Assembly (NCBI RefSeq): GCF_001194135.2
Contig: NC_068985.1
Location: forward strand, 7,305,461-7,369,460
DNA: 64,000 bases
Reading direction: 5' to 3'
From: Octopus bimaculoides
Lineage: Eukaryota
Part shown: one piece after another, positions 1-13,919 of the stretch
Layout: every line of letters begins with the position of its first letter
How positions within the stretch are numbered: the first letter of the stretch is position 1
Position numbers and translations under genes: made by a program
The notes under the pieces: generated by a model
What the model was told of the DNA's origin: nothing
Databases searched by the model: none
What the model saw: the letters and a program-made list of their open reading frames with translations, nothing else

Positions 1-35
1 TTGTAAAAATGTAAGTCATTATGTATATCTTTGAT

Positions 36-90
36 AAGGCGGTGAGCCGGCAAAATTGTTAGCACGCCGGGCAAAATGCTTAGCAGTATT
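36..90 (+). mobile_element. SINE family A (tRNA-derived), 5' fragment
   Basis: aaggcggtgagccggcaaaattgttagcacgccgggcaaaatgcttagcagtatt matches the head of longer copies at 33533 and 34566. Confidence 0.7.
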
Positions 91-196
91 ACCTATAAAT
101 ATATTTCTACATTTGATATATATTTACTAATTTTGCCTATACGGCTTTTATGCTTGCGGCCACTAACGTTGTTAGTTTTATGAATGAGAATGTTCT

Positions 197-425
<229 letters not shown>

Positions 426-606
426 TTATTACAAATTAAAAGGGTAAAGGATTATCAATTTATTAATTAATAAATCAATTAACAATTAATAATTTTTACC
501 AAACCCATCGGTATGAAAGCACCATTATTGGTGGAGAACTTATTTAAAAGCTCATATATATTTATAATATCTACACACATATATATATGTTAAAGTCTGT
601 CATACC

Positions 607-647
607 AGCCATGACGAAGGGAAATAGCCCTGAAACTCGAGTCGCCT
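607..647 (+). ncRNA. Degenerate minimal type I hammerhead ribozyme (PLE-type)
   Basis: agcc-ATGACGA-AGGG aaatag CCCT-GAA-ACTCGAGT-C-gcct. Helix II 4 bp, palindromic helix III, GUC site; C3 replaced by A and one helix I mismatch. Confidence 0.65.
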
Positions 648-865
648 TTATATATTTATATTTATATATTTATATATTTGATCCTTTATATTGAACACTC
701 AATATTTCATCTACATTCAATACTTTCTTTCATGGTGCCATCCATTTTTATTTTATTTTATTTTATATTATATATTGTATATTCCATATTCTATACCCCA
801 CATTGGTTCTGCAGGAATATAAATAAAACATAAAAAACAGATAGTGTTGGAACTCTTTTAAACAA

Positions 866-942
<77 letters not shown>

Positions 943-1425
943 TATGTGGGAGGGTGAGTGTGTGTGTGTATGTGTGTGTGTGCGCGCGCGTGTCGGTGTG
1001 TGTGTATTTATATACCGAAAAATTCTAAAAGAAGCGTTGCAATGTTAAATGTATCCCTTTATGATTTTAATGATAATGGCGTATAACAAGACGACTTTCA
1101 TCTGAATAAAAGTATAATAATACCGGTGTAATACGAAATGTGACTATTTTATATTTTAAGTTAGACTATATTTTATTTGAGATGACCTTCGCAACACTAA
1201 CCAGAGCATTAACAGGCTTCTTTTCCGTAATGTAAAAGTTGAGGAAGGTTAACCACGTCCGATTCCACCCACTTTTTTCTGTACGTGTTAGTACTACATG
1301 AGATTAATAATGCTTTTAACAGAACTTCCTTATTGAACTTAAAATCATTTCCTGTCTGTCTATATTTTATATGTGTGTGTACTTCAATGTGAGAGCAACT
1401 ACTTGTATAAATGTTCTAATTTTCG

Positions 1426-1492
<67 letters not shown>

Positions 1493-3781
1493 ATGTATAT
1501 ATATATACATATATACGTGTGGTTCCTTAAATTTAGCATATAAAATATCAGTATCATAAATATCTTTATTTTATGATATAGATATCTCCAAATACACACG
1601 CAAAACTTCCCACGGTAATAGATATATATATATATTGAAGTATGCATGTATGTATGCATCTATCTAGATATGTATGTGGCTATGTTCTTTCACATATACA
1701 GTACAAAACTGTGTATCTATGTATAATGTATATATTATGTGATCAGGTATACGTGTATGTGTTTGCGAATGTGTGTGCGATAAATGGAATATGTACGCAC
1801 CAATCCTAGTAGGTGTGCTTTAGTTCTCAGAGATGAACAATCATTTTATAATCGCGTATATTCGGTCATTTTCTGTGAGATTTAAACTTTTATGCATTTC
1901 ATCTCATAACATCAATTTTTCTTAAAAGCATTGTCAGCCGGCATGTATTTCCTTGTCAAAATGAAATATATCTTTTCTCTTTTCAGGAACCCCATTATTC
2001 TTCAATTATTATATTTGGCATGATAAAATCTTTCAACAGATTACTATCGTCCTTACTAAACTTTTCCGGTGGCTATCTTCACATTATATAAGTTTATTAT
2101 TAATGTGCATTCGTAACAAAAACTCGCTATTGGAAAAACTGATTTTTTTCTTTCTTTACTTTCAGACCAGACTTTCGGTATGGCTGTGTATTCGTCCTGG
2201 CATCATTGTAGTTTACTGTCGTAAAGAGTGGCATTAAATCCATTCCATAAATGAGGTTTCCTTTTAATTTTACGGCAAATATTTCTTTACTTGTACACAA
2301 ATTAGTAGTCGTAAGGTATGAATACAAGTTGTGTGTTTAAACATTGTTCCGCATTTCACCAACAAATGTGAAAATATTTATATAAAAATTTCTAAAATGG
2401 ATTTGCATTAGCATTACAATGTAAAGTAATTACAAACTGTTGGAAAGTTTTTTAAGATATCCTTACTATACTTGAGAAAATGTTTTAAACGTTGGCCAAA
2501 TCGTCGCAGGATACGAACGAAATTTATTCTGAATTAATATTTCAAATATAAATTTTAATGATGTTAATACTTAGAGGGAAATGGTCTGGTAACTAACATT
2601 GTACTAACTTTCAAAGTCAGGAATATTTAACAGTGAACTAACATTCTTACTAAATTGGTGCAGTTGGTAAGAATTTTCGCATTTATTTATAAATAATAAC
2701 ATTATGAATCAAAGGCATTTCCTATGAATATATCATGGAGAATTCGTGTGCATGTATGACATCACATATTCATAGACTTTGGAGATGGTAATTGCCGTTT
2801 AACTCACTCATGGAAATTAATACAACTTTAGAAATTTGGTTCACAGTAAGAGAATTATAAGAGCTCAATAACAACGGCAAGATGAAAATGGAAGACAGTA
2901 ATTTAAAGCGGATGTAAACTATGGCAGTATCTGCCATTCTCGTCTTTCATAACTGTTCGAATGCTTGTGAATCGGCAGACATGTTAAGAAACGATCAATA
3001 AGGAATGTGTGCATCAACCATTTAAAAGGAACTATATGCTATTTGGTAATTCTGCAATATATGAAAATAAGATCTACAATTAGCAAGTTAAAAGGAAGCT
3101 GGAGCGTGACCGGAAATCAACTTATGTGATAAGCAGCGCAAGAATAAATTGTTGCTTGAACATAACTTACGTTACATGTCGCCTTTGAAATTTAACTAGC
3201 ATTTTCGTACTTGGCACTTTCAAAGAATCCCTTCCTTACCTTGGTGAAACGATTTTGGTTAATAAATAGAGCCCGGTCATATATAGCTGTCAATGATAGA
3301 AGTAACGTAAACGTATAACTGGCAAGAATATCCCTTTGAAGATCACAGTGAAAAAAAAATACCTCTACAATTTTATAATCAAATAATATGTACTGCAAGA
3401 GAAAAAAAGTATATAGAAGAACCAAGAAAAAGCCATTCGTGTGCTTGATCCAGAAAGCTACAAAGAGAAAGTGAATTGTCAGTGCGTGATCACACTGAAG
3501 GTTTTGTACAGCAACTGTCCTTCAAATAAATGCATAAATATATTGACGGTAAAGGTTATAAATGCGCATGCTTGAAATTGTTTTTATAATTTCAAAGTTC
3601 GTTTAGTGTAGCAGTAGGTAAGTATGCTTGTGTATTGTTTAGTGAAGTGTGTGTATGATTGGATGCTAAATAACGGTCAGTTAAAGAGAGGTGTATGTAT
3701 ATTTTGAACACTTATTTTGGGTCCGTTTGCTATGGATAAATATTAATTCTATACTATTGGAATTTCTTTCTTTCTGGCACA

Positions 3782-3884
<103 letters not shown>

Positions 3885-4360
3885 TCGCATACATACACTG
3901 TTCAACGCATCAACTCATATATTACCGACTGAACCAAAATGAAATAGTCGATTTTATCAGTCAAAGTACATGACTAATGCTTTTTTCTCTTAAAAGACAT
4001 GTAGCATGGAAGAAAATAGTGCTGTTACTTTAGGCTCAGATTCATATACTCGCGTATAATCCTATACACACTCTCAAACATACGCAGGCAAATGCGTATA
4101 GAAATAAACACATGTAGAAATATACAAACACATACACGCACACACATTCATTCAAATATGTCTGTGTGCGTTTGTGTGTGTCTGTATGTGTGTATATGTG
4201 TGTGTATGTGTAAATGGGGAACAGCTTTCCTTTCTCAATTTATTATATTAAAGACATAATTATGCTCAAGTTTGATGTTTTTAGGAAGACATTTTCCATA
4301 TTCCCTCATTAGTCCTTTGTGCTCAGTGGAGACCAATAGAATCCCTGAATCCATTTCCCT

Positions 4361-4399
4361 ATCGACGTTTCAAGATCTACACGGATTCATCATCAGCAT
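4361..4399 (-). ncRNA. Degenerate hammerhead-like motif
   Basis: Minus strand CTGATGA-tgaatc cgtgta gatctt-GAAACGT-C. Core boxes and ACGT palindrome intact; helices I and II poorly paired. Confidence 0.4.
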
Positions 4400-4844
4400 G
4401 AAACGATTATTGGTTTGTAGTTTGTTATTGATAGAGTTTCTATAATTTCTTTTGTGTGGAACTCAATATAAAATTCCCTGCACGATTAGCTAATCATTTG
4501 CCATCAATTTCGTGTTGTATTATTATACATTTTTCGAGCCCTCTTAAATGTGTCTTCACTCTACGTGGAAAATCGCGCTGCGTGTCCACTTGTAAGAGTT
4601 TGTGTCATGAAGTTTAAAACTTTTTCCCTTTACGGGATTAGCGAATCACCGACAAATGATGGAAGCTGTGACGCGCTGTTACGTTGTGGCTATTGTGCGT
4701 CTGTTACACTGATCATCTGGAGTAGGTTGTGTGATTTGCTAGTTTACAGTGTCACGTTAAACCCTTATGGTGTCCCATTCAACAACTAATCTATTTACCT
4801 ACACATAACAAATTGATTCATATTGTTATATGTCGAGATGCTTT

Positions 4845-5072
4845 TATTATTTTGCTCTTTTACCTGTCTCAGTCATCTGACTACGGCCATGTTGGAGCAC
4901 CGCTTTTAGTCGAACAAACCGAGCCCAGGATTTATTCTTTGTAAGCCTAGTACTTATTCTATCGGTCTCTTTTTGCCGAAACGCCAAGTTACGGGAACGT
5001 AAACACACCAGCATCGGTTGTCAAGCGATGATAGAGGGACAAAAACAGACACACAAATACATACATACATAC

Positions 5073-5075
<3 letters not shown>
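4845..5075 (-). mobile_element. SINE family B (tRNA head, CORE-like), 3' half; runs into internal (TA)n and gap
   Basis: Matches cagtcatttgactgcggccatgctggagcaccg...taagttacgggga seen in the full copy at 62205-62609. Confidence 0.85.
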
Positions 5076-5116
<41 letters not shown>

Positions 5117-5595
5117 NNNNNNNNNNNNNNNNNNNNNNNNNNNNNNNNNNNNNNNNNNNNNNNNNNNNNNNNNNNNNNNNNNNNNNNNNNNNNNNNNNNN
5201 NNNNNNNNNNNNNNNNNNNNNNNNNNNNNNNNNNNNNNNNNNNNNNNNNNNNNNNNNNNNNNNNNNNNNNNNNNNNNNNNNNNNNNNNNNNNNNNNNNNN
5301 NNNNNNNNNNNNNNNNNNNNNNNNNNNNNNNNNNNNNNNNNNNNNNNNNNNNNNNNNNNNNNNNNNNNNNNNNNNNNNNNNNNNNNNNNNNNNNNNNNNN
5401 NNNNNNNNNNNNNNNNNNNNNNNNNNNNNNNNNNNNNNNNNNNNNNNNNNNNNNNNNNNNNNNNNNNNNNNNNNNNNNNNNNNNNNNNNNNNNNNNNNNN
5501 NNNNNNNNNNNNNNNNNNNNNNNNNNNNNNNNNNNNNNNNNNNNNNNNNNNNNNNNNNNNNNNNNNNNNNNNNNNNNNNNNNNNNNNNNNNNNNN

Positions 5596-5626
<31 letters not shown>

Positions 5627-5664
5627 TTATATGCAGTTTTATTGTCCTTGTTTTAAAGTCCGTT

Positions 5665-5708
5665 GTCTGGAAATCTTTCGTCACACATTCTGTAACCTCT
5701 TCAGCGAC
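5665..5708 (-). ncRNA. Near-intact minimal type I hammerhead ribozyme
   Basis: Minus strand gtcg-CTGAAGA-G-GTTAC agaatgt GTGAC-GAA-AGATTT-C-cagac. Intact core, 5-bp helix II, quasi-palindromic helix III, UUC site, one bulge in helix I. Confidence 0.7.
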
Positions 5709-6531
5709 TCTCAATACCACGTGTCTCTTCCCGTTCTGGGATAGCGAGCTTTTGAAGTTTCCAGACAGAGAGTATGGAGCACGCGTGCACACGCATAGAA
5801 ATTCGAAAAAGTAAACGAATGAAGGAGGCAATCGATATATTTACATTAATATAACACAAGTACCGCTGGAACGCCATTCATCATGAAATATATTTCTAAT
5901 ACCATTATTTGATGTACTCAATGCAGTGATGTAGTGGTTGTTTCTTTCGTTTCCCACAGATGTACTAATGTAATGGCGAATGTGTGCGCACAGTATGTGC
6001 ATGTGTTTATATTATATACACACAGAGAAGGGGACAAACACAGAGAGGAAGATATATATATATAAAGAGAGAGATAGATAGATATAATATAATATAGGAT
6101 AAATTCTTTATAAGAATTTAAAAAGTAGTCAGCGTGAAAAAACCTCATAATGAAAAAATAACGAAAAATTTCGTAATGAAAAAAGTCATCGTTTCTTCAT
6201 AGATATATTTAATTATATATAAAGGGCATTAACTGTGTATATATAATTAAATATAGATAGATAGAGATAGATAGATAGATGGATAGATAGATACATATAC
6301 ATACATATGTTTGTGCGTGTGTGTGTATATATATATAGACACACAGACACACATACGTATATATATATACGTGTGTTTGTCTGTCTGTATGTCTGACTGT
6401 CTGTATGTACGTATGTATTATGTAAGTATGTATGTGTTATACATACATGTGTGAGTGTGCGCTGTAAATCTAAATACATGCGTGGGTGTTCGTATGTGTG
6501 TGGATATTTGTAATAATTTTTTATTGTATAC

Positions 6532-6534
<3 letters not shown>

Positions 6535-6567
<33 letters not shown>

Positions 6568-6655
6568 TAATGGTGGTGGTGGTGGTGGTAGTGGTGGTGG
6601 TGGTGGTGGTGGTGTGGTGGTAGTGGTACATTAGTAGTAGTAGTAGTAGTAATAC
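6535..6655. repeat. Compound trinucleotide repeat (CAG)n(TAG)n(TGG)n(TAG)n
   Basis: Direct reading. Confidence 0.9.
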
Positions 6656-6752
6656 TAATAATATTAATACTGTATTTATGAATATATTTTCCCATGCTTG
6701 GAGACAATACATATGGCATCAATGTATTATAGACCTGTATATATATATATAT

Positions 6753-6784
<32 letters not shown>

Positions 6785-7125
6785 TCTTTTATTCTTTTAC
6801 TTGTTTCAGTCATTTGACTGCGGCCATACTGGAGTACCACCTAATTGTCGAACAAATCGACCCCGGGATTTATTCTGTGTAAGCCTAGTACTTATTCTAT
6901 CGATATCTTTGTCGAACCGCTAAGCTACGGGGACAGACACACACATATTTATATACATGACGGGCTTCTGTCAGTTTCCGTCTACCAAATCCACTCACAA
7001 GGCTTTGGTCGGCCCGAGACTATAGTAGAAGACACGTGCCCAAAGGTGCCACGCAGTGGGACTGAACCCGGAACCATGTGGTTTGTAAGCAAGCTGCTTA
7101 CCTCACAGCCACTCCTGCGCCCATA
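6785..7125 (-). mobile_element. SINE family B, near full length
   Basis: Head aggagtggctgtgaggtaag...ccgggttcagtcccactgcgtggcacc on minus strand; colinear with other copies. Confidence 0.9.
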
Positions 7126-7951
7126 TATATNNNNNNNNNNNNNNNNNNNNNNNNNNNNNNNNNNNNNNNNNNNNNNNNNNNNNNNNNNNNNNNNNNNATA
7201 TGCATGTTTATATGTATATATGTTTGTATGTATGCATAGTACATATGTCTGTGAGAGTGCGTGCATATATGTGGTGCGTGTGAGACGATGTGTGTAGAGT
7301 TAGTGATATAATTATCCATATGCTGATACATATAATCGCATAGAGATACACTTGCGTCTAGGATCGAGCCTATTTGAATTATTATTGTCGGTGTCTGTGA
7401 ATACGTAAGTATACACGTGGGTGTATATACGTCCGTTTGTTCATTTGTTTGTTTGTTTGTTTGTTTTTTTTTTTGTTGGTCTGTGTGTGGCAGTTTCAAA
7501 ACAAAAAAAACAAAATCAGACGGTGTTAGTGGTGTGTCTGTGTGTGTGTAATAAATCTGTTTGTTCAATATTTTTATTTTATGAAGCACATTAAATATTA
7601 AAATTCTCATCGGAAACAGCCGAAGTATTAAGAAAAATAATACTCGTTTGATTTCAATTAAAATTTCAAATATATCTTAACAAAATTATTGAAACAATAA
7701 ATCAGCATTTTTTTATTTTTCATTCAAGCTGTTTATTTTTTGTATCATTATGGTTTTTAATTAAATTTCAGTGTGAATTTCCATCGCTGTATTAACACTT
7801 TCCATTGTGTAGCTTTTTAATTCTATACCATGACCTGCACTGTATATCTTTCTGTACAAAACCTATTCCGTACAATCGCCATCCAATAATATATCAACAC
7901 CCATATAACAAATATTTTTCACAATCACTTTGCATTATGATAGTACGACTA

Positions 7952-8155
7952 AAGGCTGTGTGGTGGCAGAATCGTTAGCACGCTGGACGAAATGCTTAAC
8001 GGTATTTCGCTCGTCGCTACGTTCTGAGGTCGACTTTGCCTTTTATCCTTTCGGGGTCGATAAATTAAGTACCAGTTGTGTACTGGGGTTGATCTAATCG
8101 ACTGCCCCCCCTCCCGCCAAATTTCAGGCCTTGTGCCTATAACAAAATAGGATTA
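7952..8155 (+). mobile_element. SINE family A monomer
   Basis: gtcgactttgccttttatcctttcggggtcgataaattaagtaccag core shared with other copies. Confidence 0.85.
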
Positions 8156-8170
8156 TTATAATACGACTGT

Positions 8171-8580
8171 AAGGCAACGAGCTGGCAGTACCGTTAGCAC
8201 ACCGGGCGAAATGCTTAGCAGTATTTCGTCTGCCGCTACGTTCTGAGTTCAAATTCCGCCGAGGTGAACTTTGCCTTTCATCCTATCGGGGTCGATAAAT
8301 TAAGTACCAGTTATGCACTGAGGTCGATGTAATTGACTTAATCCGTTTGTCTGTCCTTGTTTGTCCCCTCTGTGTGTAGTCCCTTGTGGGCAGTAAAGAA
8401 ATAAGAAACGTTAGCACACCGGCAAAATGCTTAGCGGTATTTCGTTTGTCTTTACATTCTGAGTTCAAATTCCGCCGAGGTCGACTTTGCCTTTCACCTT
8501 TCGGGGTTGATAAAATAAGTGCCAGTCGACTTAACCCACCTCCTCTGAAATTGCTGGTCCTGTGCCAACATTTGAAACGA
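8171..8580 (+). mobile_element. SINE family A head-to-tail dimer
   Basis: Two monomers joined at aaagaaataag|aaacgttagcac; flanked by attataa(t/c)acgac (8155-8167, 8583-8595). Confidence 0.8.
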
Positions 8581-10042
8581 ATATTATAACACGACCTACA
8601 CACTACGTATACTTCTCTGCACAAGTACCTACCCCCAATAATATAACACGAACAACACAATGATTTTGTAGTGAATGGATATAACAGAGTGTACAAGGAA
8701 TGTACGTATCATCATATTACTCGTAAAGCCTTTTTCTACAAACTGTAGTGGTTGTTTAGAATTACTATATTAGAAGTAACATAGAAGAGAAGACTAAAAT
8801 AGCCTCCATCAACTGAATTGCTCAGTATGAAAGCATTTGCGAACCTGGGCTAATGAAAGAGCTTCGACGTGGTCCATCAGTCGACAATAAATAATGCAAC
8901 TCATAAAAATGCTTTTAAAATATCGAATGACATGCTGAATTCTGTAATCCTAGATCTACAGAATGATGGAATGCTCATGTCTAGAGCGTATTACTTGACT
9001 AATCTTCGCTGTACGGGATTATCTGGGTCTTAACAGCAACAATATGATTATGTTTTCGAAATATAAAAATACAATGATAATCTAATTTATACAACAGTCG
9101 AGTCGATACGATAATTCCAACCTGTCATATACTTTGATTGGTTAGTATAGATAGGCGTTATCGATAAACGTGGACATGACTGATACAACGTTGAGATGCT
9201 GTTCGTATTCTTTAACCAGATGATACAAGCGAAACTCGGTTGTAAAATCGCAAAAGAAACCGTTACATGCTATTGAGCAAGTGGCAAAGTGTAGATGATA
9301 ATCAGATTGTCAGGTTCTAAAAATGTTAACGAGATTAAATGGCATTTAAATTATTAATGATATGTGCAAGCTGTAACTGTTGACCTACATAACTATACGT
9401 GTAGACATAATTCATACATTGTAAAATACGATTTTATAATATAATCTGGTGATGTTAATTTGTAGAGGTTAACCTTAGGTTAGAATAAATTACATGGTCA
9501 GAAATTTTAGACAAAGGAGCCATATATCTAAATATATCTATGAAATAAACGCAACTAATTAGTTTGCTTTTAAACGTGACAAGCTTCTTATACAATAGCT
9601 ACAGACAAGAATACAGTGCATCAATGTTAATAATGGATTGTAGAATTTGATTAGAAAAATAACTGAGTTGTAATTTGCAAGTCGAGCTCTGATAACTATT
9701 TTATTGTATCTCATAGCTCATTAAATGTATACATTTCGGAGACAGATTGTTGTCGTAAAGACTATAATTTTTCAAACATTCAATACGAAGTTTTAGAGAC
9801 GAAATGATTTCTTTTTATACTACGCTTCAATAACTTCGATATCTGATCGTTATCATTTGCTTTATTGCTAGATATACATGGAACTTGTGTGAATTCGAAC
9901 TTGGACCCTTTATTTTCAAACTAAGCGTAGTGAATTTTAACCACTAGTGCGAATATAAATTTTCATGTCTAGGAGAACACTTAATTGTCCTAAAATATTT
10001 AATCTCGTAGAGTCTAACTTACCAACTTAACCACATGTATAT

Positions 10043-10258
10043 TTTTCTTTTCTACTCTAGGCAAAAGGCCCATAATTTTGGGGGAGGGGACCAGTCGATT
10101 AGATCGACTCAGTACGCATCTGGTACTTAATTTATCGACTCCGAAAGGATAAAAGGCAAAGTCGACCTTGGCAGAATTTGAATTCAGAACGTAAAGAAAC
10201 GAAATACAGCGAAGCATTGCGCCCGGCGTGCTAACGATTATGCCCGCTCGCCGCCTTC
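10043..10258 (-). mobile_element. SINE family A monomer
   Basis: Reverse complement of family A head and core. Confidence 0.85.
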
Positions 10259-11274
10259 GCAATATATTTATTTAAGCATGTGTTTTGGGCAATGTTGAAA
10301 ATTACAGGCTATGAAACCATAGGTACAGCCCTAAAAATATTTACAAGTTTGTCCTTCTGCTGTGAGTAATGTATCTAAATTTATTGTTAATGAGCATGGA
10401 AGCCTAATTACCAAAAATGATTTATAAGCACATTTTATTCTAATTACTTTAGAACTTAAACTAAGAGATTAGTTGGACAGCGGGCTTAAAAAATGTAAAA
10501 TATCCAGATAATTTCACTAAAGGATAGCAAAAATGATTGTAAATTGTCAAGAGATATGGTGAAGCAGGTATATTTCTATTAACACGTACAGCGTATCATG
10601 TGATAAATTAGGAAATTAAAAATTCCATAATGCGGATGTTAAATGTGAGAGATATCCTGACTGTTATTCTCAAATATAATAACGAACATGATGCAGTATC
10701 TTATCATTAATGTTAATCTAGGTATCGCGTGTTGTATAATTAAAATCTAATTAATTTATGAAAGAGAGAAGAAGAAAATTAATAGTTATAAGTTATCGAT
10801 AAAAGTTATGATCCAGCAATACCTTAGTTGTGATCGCTGAAACAAAGTAGCTAAAAACTTGTAAGAAACACAAATAATTCAAAACGCTGGAATAATAATG
10901 TTATGAAGAAGAAAGGAGAACATTTGTGCAAAAGCCTTCGTGAGGGAGACGAGAAATATCATCAGTTAATGAATAATCTATGATTATTGCGAAAGAAGAA
11001 ACTAAATGGCAAAGTAAAATGAAGACCTAAAATTTAACAGCGGAGAGAGAAGGGCTGAAATATTGCACATAAACTGCATTACTCAAGCACATTCACATAT
11101 CTACATATACAGATGCGCACATTATTACCAATGATTATAAACACGTGTGTAAAAAAAAGGCAAGATTAATCAAATACACACACACACACACATATACTCG
11201 TATTTTCCTAGTAATTTCATATAGGCATACCTATGCGTATATATAAGCACACGCATTTATATAGACATAAGGAT

Positions 11275-12275
11275 ATATGCATAGGTATACGCACATATTC
11301 CAACGTTTTGAAACATGAAATTCATCACAATATATTTCAACAATGCAGAAATTGTATTCATCGTAGTACCATTAAAATCAATAGATTTTTGCCAATGAGT
11401 TACAAGTTTGATTATTCCGGTAACATTAAAATCTGGAGTTCTGGAGCTGATGAACTATTTGAAGGTAATTTCGGCATCGGTTTGATTTTTGAACTCCTTC
11501 TCTCGCAGGAAACTATCAAATTGCTTGAAAAAGTGGTAGTTGGTAAGAGAAAGGTGTGAGGAATAAGCTGGGCGGGGTAAAACTTCGTAGCCAAGTTCTC
11601 TCAACTCCTGGAGTGTCATTAGTGAAACGTTCGGTCGAGTATTATCATGAAGCATGATTGGCCCTGTTCTGTCGTCCAGTATGGGACGGAAGAGTAGCAG
11701 TTTTTCGTTCATTTTGGCAATTTCATGGCAATATATTTCTGCAGTAATGGATTTTCCGGATTTTATGAAGTTATAGAGGATGAGTCCAGCAGTACACCAC
11801 CAAACAGTTACCATAACCTTCTTTTTAAAGAGCTCACCTCCATTTTGGTCCAACCACTGTGAAGAACGTTCTTTTTCATCATAAGTTACAATATGGTCGA
11901 GAAATGGATCAGTCTGGCTACAGAGAAGCAGCGACGATCAAATTTCATATCTGCGCATTTTCCGATTTTCATTCAAATCGTGAGGTACCCATTTGTCGAG
12001 CTTTCTTTGATTTTCCGATCGCATGCAAATGGTTGCAGGCAGTTTTCTGGCTAACATGAAGTTCTTCTGCTAGTTCGCGAGTGGTTTTACGTGGATCTTT
12101 CTCGATGATGGTCTTTAATTGACTGCCATCGATGACAGAAGAGCATTCACTACGCTCACAATCTTCAAGGCTCCACTGCGAAATCATTTAAACTATTTTC
12201 CTCGCCAAACGTTTCGTAGATGTCGCAAGCAGTTTCAGCTGCTTTACGTCCTTTTTTGAAGTTGAATAGCAAAAT
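11275..12275 (-). mobile_element. Decayed mariner transposon; transposase pseudogene
   Basis: Frames give ILLFNFKKGRKAAETACDIYETFGEE, DPRKTTRELAEEL, KKVMVTVWW, MLHDNTRP, LPRPAYSSHLSLTNYHFFKQF, GIIKLVTHWQKSIDFNG. These are mariner HTH and catalytic motifs broken by stops and frameshifts. Confidence 0.92.
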
Positions 12276-12519
12276 TCTTTCAGTTTCCATCTACCAAATC
12301 CTCTTGCAAGGCTTTTGACAAACACAAATATATACAGAGAGAAAGGGGGAGAGTGAGATAACACATAATCAGGATTTGGATCAGAAATATTATTTAGCGC
12401 TTTCGTTCTTTTGAGGGAATTATCACCGATACTGGATCGCCTCAAAAGGACGAAAGTGGTAAACATATGGTTATTATCCAAATCTTGACTACCTCCTTTT
12501 CTTCATGCGTAAGGAGCTT

Positions 12520-13004
12520 CGTCATGGAAGATCTGTAGAGCTCGTCGAGGAACAAAATCCTATCGAAACTGCTGAGGAACTAGCAAAGAGGCTTGGATTT
12601 GGTCATTCACTCAGTCATTCAAGTCAACGCTAGAAGAAAAATAACCACCTTGGTTTCAAGACGAAAGGTGTTCTTCCGTCAGGATAATGCTAGGATGACA
12701 TTCCAAAGGCTTGAGCAGTTTCGATGGGAAACGATGCCCCACCCACCGCAGTCTTCAAAATCATTTGGACGGAAAAAATATGAATTCTGTAGACGAGGTC
12801 AGAACGGTACTGGAGGAGTATTTTTCGTCACGGACAAACGAATTTTGGAAGAGGGGGCCTTGCAAGTCTACCAGATAGATGGATGAGCATTATATAAAAA
12901 TGAAGGAGAATATATTTTAGATTTATAAAGAACTTTGTTTATCTTAATTTTCAAATATAAAAGAAGTATTTAAAAACCGCATTATTTATGGGCTGACCCA
13001 ATAT
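12520..13004 (+). mobile_element. Internally deleted mariner remnant with 3' TIR
   Basis: QNPIETAEELAKRLG, KVFFRQDNAR, WETMPHPPQS, SRTNEFWKRG..LPDRW; ends ttatttatgggctgacccaata-TA. Confidence 0.85.
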
Positions 13005-13074
13005 AATTCCCTTTTAACACAGTATAAGATGCAAAACCTAAGCAAAATGGGACATACACGCGGACATGAACGAC

Positions 13075-13560
13075 CGTAGTTCCTTGGGCGAATGTCTTCT
13101 ACTACAGGCCAGACCGGCGAAAGTGGATCTGGTAAACGGAAACTGAAAGAATCCCGTCGTATACATATATATGTGTGTGTGTCTTTTGTGTTTGTCCACC
13201 ACCAACGCTTGGCAACCGATGTTGATTTGTTGACGTAACCATCATCTGGCGCTTTAGCAAGAAAAAAAGAGAACAATGGAATAAGTACACGCCTTACAAA
13301 TATGTACTGGGACCTATTTGTTTGACTGAACCCTTCAAGGTTACAATGCGTGGTACAGTGTGGTGTGTGCAGTCGCATTTGTGAAGTCAGTCGTAGAAGA
13401 CGTTGAGAAGACATATTAGTTTGTTACATGTTTGTTACTCATTTAGTTTCTGTAGTGTTGTAACACTGTTACAGTGTATCTATATTTAAACTCAATGATT
13501 TAAGAAAGGTGGTGCTCCAGCATGGCCGCAGTCCAGTGACTAAAACACTTAAAAGACAAT
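13075..13560 (+). mobile_element. SINE family B (headless) interrupted at ~13340-13500 by a short LINE-like 3' fragment
   Basis: SINE B sequence stops at cccttcaagg and resumes aaaggtggtgctccagcatgg; the insert encodes QCGVCSRIC (RTE-type zinc-finger start). Confidence 0.6.
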
Positions 13561-13821
13561 AGATAAAATCTGTACTAAGCATCGCTGAGCTGTGTAGCAT
13601 GGCAGGGAATGAGTCAATATTTACGAAAGAAAGGCAGCTGGAGAGTCTCTTTAATTTTTATAGCCCAAAGAAAACGTCTGACATGAAATTATACGATATG
13701 ACATGAGATGTAATTAATATAACATATAGAAACTTAGTTTCCATTCAAATTATTTATCACATGAATTTCTTTAATGATAGTGAAGTTGGAGTATACACAC
13801 AAACAAACACACACACAAGCT

Positions 13822-13919
<98 letters not shown>

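Noticed and set aside
2127-2327. 66-aa minus-strand ORF
   Set aside because: No recognisable domain, weak splice signals, TTG start
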